Shown here in pieces: positions 1-7,438 of a stretch of 31,552 nucleotides of DNA (positions are counted from its first letter, which is position 1; each line of letters opens with the position of its first letter). The notes below the pieces were generated by a model. That model worked only from the letters and a program-made list of their open reading frames with translations. It did no database searches and was not told where the DNA came from. Source of the DNA: an uncultured bacterium (GTDB lineage Bacteria > Abyssobacteria > SURF-5); the NCBI GenBank assembly GCA_964510165.1, contig CAZEBC010000016.1:1-31552 (forward strand), read 5' to 3'. The position numbers and the translations under genes were made by a program.

Positions 1-89
1 TCCCGTGCCGCGCATGCGGTCCAACTCGCCGCATTCAAAATCTGTCGGCGCTTTCGTGAGCGGGGGGCAAGCATCGATGTCAAATTCCT

Positions 90-119
90 TTGCAATCGCC
101 GGGGAACGTCCGGTATAAT
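90..119 (+). promoter_or_regulatory. sigma70-type promoter for the Fe-S/AOR/MoaD operon
   Basis: TTGCAA (90-95), 18 bp spacer, TATAAT (114-119), upstream of GGGAGA RBS (155-160) and ATG 165. Confidence 0.65.
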
Positions 120-164
120 TTAGCTGTCCCCTCTCATCGCTCGAAATCATTTGCGGGAGACGTC

Positions 165-614
165 ATGAGAAGACTGAAGGTGGTCCCGAATCTCTGCATC
201 GGCTGCAGGGAATGCGAGCTGATGTGCTCGCTCACGCATTTCGGCAGATTCAATCCGGCGGAGGCGCGGATACGGGTGGAGTACGATGCGGAAATGAACT
301 GCTACGAGCCCGTGATCTGCATGCACTGTGAAGAGCCTGCATGCGCGGAGGCGTGTCCGTCGGAGGCGGTGTCGCGCGACGAGAAGACCGGCGCGCTCGT
401 AATCGACGCTGACAAATGCGTCCTGTGTCTCGAATGCGTATCGGCGTGTCCGTACGGGGCGATCAATGTGGCGCCTAACGGATCGATCTTGAAATGCGAC
501 TTGTGCGGCGGCGAACCGGTGTGCCAGAAGTTCTGCTCGAAGCGGCCGGAGATGAGCAGCCCGTTGATGGCGAACGCCGAGGGCGCAACGGCCCTGGTTA
601 TTGTGGAAGAATGA
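165..614 (+). CDS. 4Fe-4S dicluster protein (DmsB/CooF-like), probable electron-transfer partner of the AOR
   Basis: Four Cys groups: CIGCRECELMC, CMHCEEPACAEAC, CVLCLECVSAC, CDLCGGEPVCQKFC. Start moved from TTG 90 to ATG 165 on RBS and promoter position. Confidence 0.9.
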   Translation: MRRLKVVPNLCIGCRECELMCSLTHFGRFNPAEARIRVEYDAEMNCYEPVICMHCEEPACAEACPSEAVSRDEKTGALVIDADKCVLCLECVSACPYGAINVAPNGSILKCDLCGGEPVCQKFCSKRPEMSSPLMANAEGATALVIVEE

Positions 615-625
615 GGAATTGATTG

Positions 626-2590
626 ATGGATGGGTATGGAGATATCGTACGGATTGATTTGACGAGCGGTTCGGTCAAGCGAGAGCCAATACCGCGCACG
701 CTCGCGAAGAAATTCGTTGGGGGTATGGGGATAAACGATTGGCTGTTGTGGAATCACTTTCTTCGGGTGGACCCGCATATCGACCCGATGAGCGAGGACA
801 ACGTGCTGATAGCGGGGCTTGGTCCGCTCGGGGGAACCGGCTTCGGGCTTGGCAGCAAGATGAAGTGGACCTACAAGTCGCCCGCCACAGGCTTTTTCGG
901 CGACAGCACGTGCGGCGGCACCTTTTCCTCGAAAATGCGTTGGTCGGGCATTGACCACCTCGTGATCACCGGCCGCGCGAAGAAGCCCGTGTACGTCTAT
1001 ATCGAGAACGATACGGTCGAGATACGCGATGCCGCGCATATCTGGGGGCTCGGCACGCACGAGACGGTGCGTAAATTGCGGTCGGGAGAGACACCGGCGC
1101 GGGCGGGCATCGCGTGCATCGGCCAGGCGGGCGAGAACGGCGTGCGCTATGCTTCCATCGTTTCAACCGAGGAGCGCGTGGCCGGGAGGACCGGCTCGGG
1201 CTGCGTTGCGGGCAGTAAGAACCTCAAGGCGCTCGCGGCGTTCGGGACGAAAGGGATATCAGTGCACAACCCCGACGCAGCCTTGGAGGCGGCCCGGCGG
1301 ATTTTTGAGGCGATTGATGCCGACCCGATCATTCATGCGTTCAAGAAGAACGGCACCTTCAACATGGTGGAATTCTATGACGCCATCGGCGGCAACGCCT
1401 ACCGCAACAACCAGTTTACGAAGGTGCCGGACGAAAAGATCAACCTGATGTCGCCGAACTGGTATGCGGAGCACATGAAGCTGCGCGACCTCGCGTGCTC
1501 GCCCGGCTGCACGTTCGGATGCGACTCCTCGTGCCAGATCAAGGGAAGCGAGACGGAGCGTGCGAAAAGGCTTGCGGGGCCGATCGGCGGCAGCGTCGAG
1601 TACCTGACCATCGCGAGCTTCGGCATGGGTTGTGACATTCCCGACCTGCCCGCGATCACTCATTTCCATCGGAAGTGCAACGAGTACGGCATGGACCTGG
1701 CCGAGATCGGCGGCATCATCCCGTTCCTGATGGAACTGTGGCAGCGCGGGATTATCACTGAGGAACTCACGCGGCAATGGTTCGGTGAGCCGGTCTCTCT
1801 GGAGTGGGGCAACTTCGAGGCGGTCGACAAGATCATCCGCGCGGTCGCACTGCAGGAGAACGAGCTTGGCGGGATTTGCTCACAGAATATCCAGAAAGTG
1901 GCCGAGGCGCTTGAGAAGATAACCGACTTGCCGACGACTCCGTATGCCGTGTGCGGGAAGGGCGGCAGCGCATTCCACGAGGAGATACGTTCGTTCCCCA
2001 TATGGGCCGTGAACTTCGCGGTTGCCTCGCGCGGGTGTGACCATCTCAAGGGACTTAATATCATTGATAAAGGATTCCGGCAGGATATATCCATGGAATG
2101 GCTGGGCAAACCGGACGCGGGGATCGGGTATACGCCCAACCTGAAGGGAGCGGCGGCAGCGCTGTCCGAGAACCATGCGGCGGCGATCAATTGCCTTGGT
2201 ATCTGCATCTTCCGGCCTGCCACCGATCCGCTCGTCATGCCGCCCGGCCTGTTTGCCGATGCGTACACGGCGCTGACCGGCATGCCATTGACGGTCGAGG
2301 AACTCCGCCTTGCGGGCGAGCGCGCCTGCAATCTGGAGAAGGCGTTTAATTCGCGAATCGGGCTGAGACGTGAGGACGACCGCCTGTGTGCGCGCTGGAT
2401 GAGCGAGCCGGTCACTTTCGAGTATGGCAAGGGAATGAAAGCCGAGGATTACCTGGGTGCGCTTCTTGAAGAATATTATGAGACGCACGGGTGGGATCGG
2501 CGTACGTCGCTTCAGACGCGCCCGAAACTTGAGGCGCTCGACCTCAGCGACGTGGCGGACGTGCTCGAGAAGGAGCGGGCATTAGCATAA
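626..2590 (+). CDS. aldehyde:ferredoxin oxidoreductase family (tungstopterin) enzyme
   Basis: About 654 aa with AOR-family motifs: RIDLT, KSPATG, IGQAGEN, AGRTGSGCVAGSKNLKA, RGCDHL, C-terminal YYETHGWD...LEALDL. GAGGA RBS at 613-617. Confidence 0.92.
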   Translation: MDGYGDIVRIDLTSGSVKREPIPRTLAKKFVGGMGINDWLLWNHFLRVDPHIDPMSEDNVLIAGLGPLGGTGFGLGSKMKWTYKSPATGFFGDSTCGGTFSSKMRWSGIDHLVITGRAKKPVYVYIENDTVEIRDAAHIWGLGTHETVRKLRSGETPARAGIACIGQAGENGVRYASIVSTEERVAGRTGSGCVAGSKNLKALAAFGTKGISVHNPDAALEAARRIFEAIDADPIIHAFKKNGTFNMVEFYDAIGGNAYRNNQFTKVPDEKINLMSPNWYAEHMKLRDLACSPGCTFGCDSSCQIKGSETERAKRLAGPIGGSVEYLTIASFGMGCDIPDLPAITHFHRKCNEYGMDLAEIGGIIPFLMELWQRGIITEELTRQWFGEPVSLEWGNFEAVDKIIRAVALQENELGGICSQNIQKVAEALEKITDLPTTPYAVCGKGGSAFHEEIRSFPIWAVNFAVASRGCDHLKGLNIIDKGFRQDISMEWLGKPDAGIGYTPNLKGAAAALSENHAAAINCLGICIFRPATDPLVMPPGLFADAYTALTGMPLTVEELRLAGERACNLEKAFNSRIGLRREDDRLCARWMSEPVTFEYGKGMKAEDYLGALLEEYYETHGWDRRTSLQTRPKLEALDLSDVADVLEKERALA

Positions 2591-2605
2591 GGATCAAGTC
2601 TTGAC

Positions 2606-2881
2606 ATGCCGACGATACGGGTGAAATTTTCCGGCGCATTCGCGGATGCCGCGCACAAGCGCGAGACGACCTATCAGATTTCGTCTTTTCTGCTCGGCGG
2701 GCTGATCGAACATTTGCTTGAAAACAACGACGACAAGTTCCGTTTGCTGATGATAGACCCGGCGACAGGCGACGTTCGCAGGGGTGTGACCATTCTCGTA
2801 AACGGCCAACGACTTAGCCTGAAAGACCAGATTGCCGAGGGAGACGAGGTGACGCTGCTCACTCCCGTTGCCGGTGGCTAG
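2606..2881 (+). CDS. MoaD/ThiS-family ubiquitin-like sulfur carrier
   Basis: 91 aa with ILVNG and C-terminal TPVAGG di-glycine; a typical AOR neighbour. Confidence 0.9.
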   Translation: MPTIRVKFSGAFADAAHKRETTYQISSFLLGGLIEHLLENNDDKFRLLMIDPATGDVRRGVTILVNGQRLSLKDQIAEGDEVTLLTPVAGG

Positions 2882-3293
2882 GCTCGAAGGGCGGATCGGC
2901 GCCTGGTTCGCTTTGAGGCGGACGATGCTTCCGCATCAGGTCAATGAAGTGACGCAGCCGCGTCCGGCTGGGTTCATCCAGGTTCATGAACTTGAGGCCG
3001 GCCGGATAGAGTCCGGTGGACACCGGGGAGGCTGCGGTCCAACGTACCTCGGCCTGGAACGTGAGGCGGGGTATTTCCCTCCCGCGAATTTCGAGGTTGA
3101 CGTGAGTTCCCTTGGCAAGCTTTGTCTGGGTGAGTACGCCGGCGCCCGCCTGGCTCAGATTCACGATCTCGGCGCGTGGCGCCTTCTGTGCCGTTTGGGC
3201 CGACGGCAGCACCAGCGCCTCTTCCACCAGCTTGTCAATCGCAAGTCTGGGCCAGTCCCTACGTTGGACGAAAGTCTCTTCTATATCTTCCAT
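2859..3293 (-). CDS. stand-alone PilZ domain (c-di-GMP receptor) protein
   Basis: QRRDWPR (RxxxR), NLSQAG ([D/N]xSxxG), AEVRW and GLKF motifs. Its 3' end overlaps the convergent MoaD-like gene by 23 nt. Confidence 0.8.
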   Translation of the reverse strand: MEDIEETFVQRRDWPRLAIDKLVEEALVLPSAQTAQKAPRAEIVNLSQAGAGVLTQTKLAKGTHVNLEIRGREIPRLTFQAEVRWTAASPVSTGLYPAGLKFMNLDEPSRTRLRHFIDLMRKHRPPQSEPGADPPFEPSHRQRE

Positions 3294-3353
3294 GTGTCTT
3301 CCTGGCGCTGCTCAATGTGCTGCTGGAGATCGATTTCTTGAATTTCCGTTGTT

Positions 3354-3396
3354 TTCTGCCCTCACCCCAACCCTCTCCCGGTGGGAGAGGGCAGAA
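3354..3396. repeat. palindromic intergenic repeat, CCCTCACCCCAACCCTCTCCC-N3-GGGAGAGGG type (copy 1)
   Basis: CCCTCTCCC (3371-3379) GGT GGGAGAGGG (3383-3391); related copy at 5305-5343. Confidence 0.75.
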
Positions 3397-3403
3397 TGAG
3401 GAT

Positions 3404-3637
3404 TCACCGGAAGATGAAGCTTGATATCACCGCCAACAGTCCGAGCGCGGCGCCCACGACCGACCCGCCGATGAAGCCAATCAGCCCGAACCGAATCGCG
3501 CTCATGAGCAGGTCGAACGGGTTCTCTCCAAGCGCCTGGTAGATTCCCCATCCGGCGCCCCCGAGCACTCCTAATATTGAGAATGTTTCCAAGAAGTAAA
3601 TGAACGTCGCTTTGCGCGTGCCTCTGTCAATGGCCAT
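3404..3637 (-). CDS. small two-TM glycine-rich membrane protein, unknown function
   Basis: 77 aa, two hydrophobic segments with GxxxG repeats, AGGGGG RBS and its own promoter. Confidence 0.65.
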   Translation of the reverse strand: MAIDRGTRKATFIYFLETFSILGVLGGAGWGIYQALGENPFDLLMSAIRFGLIGFIGGSVVGAALGLLAVISSFIFR

Positions 3638-3679
3638 CGAAAAGCCCCCTTGCTGGGATGTGCTGGTTGGTCAAAGGTA

Positions 3680-3708
3680 ATTTTATCACAAAGTTACGGA
3701 ATCATCAA
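3680..3708 (-). promoter_or_regulatory. sigma70-type promoter for the 77-aa membrane protein gene
   Basis: Minus strand TTGATG, 17 bp, TAAAAT, with extended -10 TG. Confidence 0.5.
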
Positions 3709-3837
3709 CCTGCGGCGGGACAACAAAAGGCGTTTATCCGAGCCTAGCAGATTGGGCGAATGGCGGATATAATCGTGTCAAAACCACGAATCAAAGGATG
3801 CGGGAAGCCCTTTTCTGTGAAAGGAGAAAAAACGGCA

Positions 3838-4410
3838 GTGGACCTGAGAGGAAGCCAGACGGAGAAGAATCTATTGGCGGCGTTCGCGGGCGAATCGCAG
3901 GCGAGGAACCGCTACACCTTCTACGCGAGTGAGGCGAGCAAGGCGGGCTATGAGCAGATTGCGGCGATATTTCTGGAGACCGCCGACAACGAAAGGGAGC
4001 ACGCGAAGGTATTCTACAAGTTGTTGCCCGATGGACAGGTGACTATCGAGGCGGGATACCCCATCTCGCTCGGCGACACGACTTCCAATCTCGAAGCCGC
4101 CGCCGAGGGCGAGAAAATGGAATGGACGACCATTTACAAGGACTTCGCCGGAGTCGCCCGCCAGGAGGGGTTCGCCGATGTGGCCGCCGCGTTCGATCAG
4201 GTGGCGAAGGTCGAGGAGTTTCACGAATTGAGGTATCGCGCGCTTCTGAAGAACGTGGCGCAAGGCTCGTTCTTCAGGAGGGATCGGGTTGTGAAATGGC
4301 ATTGCCGCAATTGCGGGCGGATCATTGAGGCAAAAGAGGCGCCCAAGCAGTGTCCCACCTGCAAGCATCCGCAAAGCTTTTATGAGGTGTTGGCGGAGAA
4401 CTATCTGTAG
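3838..4410 (+). CDS. rbr: rubrerythrin
   Basis: TEKNLLAAFAGESQARNRY, ExxH diiron motifs (EREH, EEFH), C-terminal rubredoxin-like CRNC...CPTC. GTG start at 3838 after AAGGAG. Confidence 0.95.
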   Translation: MDLRGSQTEKNLLAAFAGESQARNRYTFYASEASKAGYEQIAAIFLETADNEREHAKVFYKLLPDGQVTIEAGYPISLGDTTSNLEAAAEGEKMEWTTIYKDFAGVARQEGFADVAAAFDQVAKVEEFHELRYRALLKNVAQGSFFRRDRVVKWHCRNCGRIIEAKEAPKQCPTCKHPQSFYEVLAENYL

Positions 4411-4477
4411 CCGCAGTTGCCGAAGCCTGGAGTTGGTGCGTCAAGTGGGCGAATGAAGATTCCACCATAAAATCCCC

Positions 4478-4590
4478 GTCACTGCGAGGGAGGAACGCAG
4501 TTCCGACCGAAGCAATCCTGGCAACGTTGTTCCAGCGCCGTATTGGGATTGCTTCGTCATCCCGCATTTCACGGGATTCCTCCCAATGGA
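4478..4590. repeat. structured intergenic element, GTCA(C/T)TGCGAG...CGAAGCAATC...GATTGCTTCG type
   Basis: 11-bp inverted repeat CGAAGCAATCC (4508-4518) / GGATTGCTTCG (4546-4556), side hairpins GGAAC-GCA-GTTCC and ATCCCG-N7-CGGGAT, degenerate right end CTCCCAATGGA. Lies between convergent genes. Confidence 0.65.
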
Positions 4591-4673
4591 TCTCCATGAG
4601 TTTCCTGAGAAGACGAGCGGATTTTCGGTTTTCAATCGAATGGAATGAATTCGACCCTACGTCTTGGGGTTGT

Positions 4674-5294
4674 TCAGGGGTTTGATAACCGGTCGAGGAG
4701 GGCGCCGAGGCGCTCTCCTTTTTGGCCCTCGCCGAGCAAGAGCTGGATGGCGCGGCGGAGGCATTCGACAACCTCGTCGATGCTGTCGAATTCACCGAGT
4801 GAAACAGCCAGGCGGGGATGCCTGCCGAGCTTGCCGCCCACGACGACATCGTAACGAACGCCCGCTGGCGAAAGCGCATCCTGCTGGCAGGCACGGACAC
4901 AGTCGCCGCAGCCGATGCAGCGAGCGTGGTCGATGTGCGGAACGCCTTCAACGAGCGTAATCGCGCCTTCCTTGCAGGCCTGTTCGCACATCCCGCACCT
5001 CGAGCACAGGGATTCATCAAGCCCGATGCGCGCCCGGCCGATCACACCGAAATCGCGAATCTGCGGCTGAGCACAAGCGTTGGGGCAGCCGGTAACCGCC
5101 CCACAAAACTGGCTGTGGAAGTTGAACGGCTTCGAGAGCCTTTCGTCCAGTGCGCGTTTGTATTCGAGAAAGACTTCGGCGAGTCGTTCGGCAACGGCCT
5201 GTGCGTCGATTTGAGCCATTGGGCAGCCGCCCACGCCGGCTCGGCACGTGATGACCTCGGTCACTTCTTTGGTTTTCGGTATTTCGGAATCCAT
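4674..5294 (-). CDS. nitrite/sulfite reductase 4Fe-4S domain protein with inserted 2x[4Fe-4S] ferredoxin
   Basis: CRAGVGGC...GCPNAC siroheme/Fe-S-type motif, DFGVIG, CSRCGMCEQAC, CIGCGDCVRAC, GGKLGRHP. ATG 5294 follows AAGGAG. Confidence 0.82.
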   Translation of the reverse strand: MDSEIPKTKEVTEVITCRAGVGGCPMAQIDAQAVAERLAEVFLEYKRALDERLSKPFNFHSQFCGAVTGCPNACAQPQIRDFGVIGRARIGLDESLCSRCGMCEQACKEGAITLVEGVPHIDHARCIGCGDCVRACQQDALSPAGVRYDVVVGGKLGRHPRLAVSLGEFDSIDEVVECLRRAIQLLLGEGQKGERLGALLDRLSNP

Positions 5295-5304
5295 GATGAG
5301 CTCC

Positions 5305-5343
5305 TTCACCCAACCCTCTCCCATCGGGAGAGGGTTGGGTGAA
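5305..5343. repeat. perfect 18-bp hairpin, CCCTCTCCC/GGGAGAGGG family (copy 2)
   Basis: TTCACCCAACCCTCTCCC-ATC-GGGAGAGGGTTGGGTGAA. Confidence 0.8.
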
Positions 5344-5383
5344 ACCTCCGATACCATTGTGTCGTAAGAGCGGGACAGATATC

Positions 5384-5399
5384 TGTGACGAATATCACA
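5384..5399. promoter_or_regulatory. CRP/FNR-family (CRP/HcpR-type) binding site
   Basis: Perfect TGTGA-CGAATA-TCACA, centred about 42 bp upstream of the start site implied by minus-strand -10 CACAAT (5356-5361). Confidence 0.6.
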
Positions 5400-5404
5400 G
5401 GCCC

Positions 5405-5443
5405 TTATTCGGGGACACCATGCGGCATGGTGTCTCCGAATAA
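5405..5443. repeat. long palindrome, GGGGACAC/GTGTC(C/T)CC family (copy 1)
   Basis: TTATTCGGGGACACCATGC-G-GCATGGTGTCTCCGAATAA, 19-bp arms with one mismatch; related to 15729-15775. Confidence 0.7.
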
Positions 5444-5683
5444 AGGAGACGCAGGGGAAATATCTGCCTGTCGACCTCGTGCTTCGGAAAAATTTGCCTT
5501 TTTCCGTGTCGAAGAGATGGAATCGTCGCCACGGATGGCGTGTGACAACTCCTGTAATTTAAACAAGTTAAAACCTCACGAGTGTCCGGCTGGGCGCTGG
5601 CATCAAAGCTGGCATTAAAATTGACATTGGAAAGGGTATTGTCTAGGGGCCATGGGGACATCGCCGAATGGAGGAAAAGGCCT

Positions 5684-5839
5684 GTGGTTGTTCAATGTTG
5701 TGTATGCCTCAAAGTTCGAGACGGGAAGCGATGGACAAAGGTGACGAATCCGCAGGAAGTCATGCGCCACGCCTCGCACACGTATTGTCCCCGCTGCATG
5801 AAGCGGTCGCTGGAGTCGCTGAAGAAGTGCAGGACATGA
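5684..5839 (+). CDS. 51-aa Cys4 putative metal-binding microprotein
   Basis: GTG start 9 nt after GGAGG; MVVQCCVCLKVRDGKRW...SHTYCPRC matches the CxxCxKxR..W..SHxxCPxC module. Confidence 0.7.
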   Translation: MVVQCCVCLKVRDGKRWTKVTNPQEVMRHASHTYCPRCMKRSLESLKKCRT

Positions 5840-5873
5840 GGATTTAACCGTCCCCAATTCAACCGACGAACGG

Positions 5874-7334
5874 TCAATAGCGGGCCAGTTCCCTGCAAAT
5901 TTTGTTCCGAGCCTCCTTAACGCGATAGGCGTCGTTGAAGTTGTTGGCGATGATCGAGAACGCCAGCCGTTCAGTCCTACCCGTAGCATAGCCGGAAAAG
6001 GCGACGACCTTATTGAGCGAGCCGGTCTTGCCCACAAGGTTTCCATTCGGCGCGATACCCGCCATTGAGCGCACAGAATTGTCAACGCCCGCCACTGCAA
6101 GAGAATCCCTGTATACCTCAGCCCACGCACTCGAGTCCATATACTTGAGTAATTGCACGATTGAATGGGCACTCGCGCGGTTGGTACGGCACAGGCCGGA
6201 ACCATCCTGGATGTCAACGGGGTAGAGTTCCATCTCGAGCAGGAATTGGTCAATCGCCTTGGCGCCGCCCTGGAAGGAGCCGCCGAAGCCCGCCTTGCGG
6301 CCGATCTGTTTGAGCAACAGTTCTGCGTGCAGGTTCTGGCTTCGCTTGTTGACGACCTTTATCATCTCCGAGAGCGGCAGGGATTCATATTCGGCGACGA
6401 GCACCGCGCCGTCGCGGTGCGCCACCGACATCTCGTTTGGCCTCAGCACCCGCGCTTTCCCGCTGACGGGCACTTCGCTGCGTTCGAGGGTTTCTTTGAA
6501 CACGGTGGCCGAATACAAAGCCGGGTTCTGCACGGGGACGTAGAGGACCTCGACTTGGCGTCCGGTCCAGATTTGTCCGTTGATGACGATGTTTCCGTCG
6601 GCGGCGGGGGTGAACCACACGGAGTTCTGCTTGCGGTTGGTGGTGGTCGCGCGGTTGATGACTTTCACGTACGAGGTCCAGGGCGACTTCGAGATGTTCG
6701 CTCTCAGGCCGGGCGTGCTTGGCGACACGCGGATGTCGATGCAGTTGTCGTTGAAAGAGAGGGCGCTCACCCGGGCCGCGTACCACCTGTTCGCGTCGGT
6801 GTCCGGCCACGGCCCGTAATACTGCGAATCGAAATAGCTGTCGTCGCCGATGATATCGCCGCGCACTTCGCGCAGGCCGAGCGAGAGGAGCGAGTTGACG
6901 ATCTCCTCGAAAATCCGAGTCGGCCGGTCGGCGAACCGGCCTGAAATGTTTGGGTCGCCCCGGCCATAGACGACGAGGTCTCCGTTCAGCGTGCCGTTCT
7001 CGTCGAGCTTGCCGTCAAAGTAAAAGGAAGTCTTGATGGTGAAGTCGGGTCCCAGATAATGCAGAGCGGCGGCGGTCGTGAATAGCTTGGTGTTGGAGGC
7101 CGGCACGAGGGAGAGCCGCGCGTTCTTCTCGTAGAGCGTTGTGCCCGTGTCAAGCGAGACGACCTCGATTGACCACTTGCACGCGCTCTGTCGGGATTGA
7201 GCGATGATGGAGTCGATGCGCTCGGCGAGGACATCCTGCTTGGAAGCCTCGGCGGCGAATGCCGCCGCAGACGCCAGCGCGAAGAGGGCGATGATGAATA
7301 ATGGAGTCCGCTTGATGATGTTTCGATGAATCAT
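5874..7334 (-). CDS. dacB: D-alanyl-D-alanine carboxypeptidase/endopeptidase PBP4 (peptidase S13)
   Basis: Signal peptide, PASNTKL (SxxK), GRGDP, SQN (SxN), DGSGL, KTG. ATG 7334 follows AAGGA. Confidence 0.95.
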   Translation of the reverse strand: MIHRNIIKRTPLFIIALFALASAAAFAAEASKQDVLAERIDSIIAQSRQSACKWSIEVVSLDTGTTLYEKNARLSLVPASNTKLFTTAAALHYLGPDFTIKTSFYFDGKLDENGTLNGDLVVYGRGDPNISGRFADRPTRIFEEIVNSLLSLGLREVRGDIIGDDSYFDSQYYGPWPDTDANRWYAARVSALSFNDNCIDIRVSPSTPGLRANISKSPWTSYVKVINRATTTNRKQNSVWFTPAADGNIVINGQIWTGRQVEVLYVPVQNPALYSATVFKETLERSEVPVSGKARVLRPNEMSVAHRDGAVLVAEYESLPLSEMIKVVNKRSQNLHAELLLKQIGRKAGFGGSFQGGAKAIDQFLLEMELYPVDIQDGSGLCRTNRASAHSIVQLLKYMDSSAWAEVYRDSLAVAGVDNSVRSMAGIAPNGNLVGKTGSLNKVVAFSGYATGRTERLAFSIIANNFNDAYRVKEARNKICRELARY

Positions 7335-7367
7335 ATTGCAAAATTCCTTGTGAATCACAGCGTGATC

Positions 7368-7438
7368 AACCACCAACACACCAAGAACACCCGGCATGTT
7401 CCTTGGTGCCTCTCGGTGTTCTTTGTGCCTTGGTGGTT
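7368..7438. repeat. CACCAA(G)/CTTGGTG iterated inverted repeat
   Basis: Terminal AACCACCAA...TTGGTGGTT with internal units CACCAAG, GAACACC and mirrored CTTGGTG, GGTGTTC, CTTTGTG. Confidence 0.65.

Noticed and set aside
1-74. Possible minus-strand gene start at the window edge
   Set aside because: Too short to support; no recognisable motif.
7349-7359. TGTGAATCACA palindrome before dacB
   Set aside because: 1-nt spacer fits neither CRP (N6) nor Rex sites.
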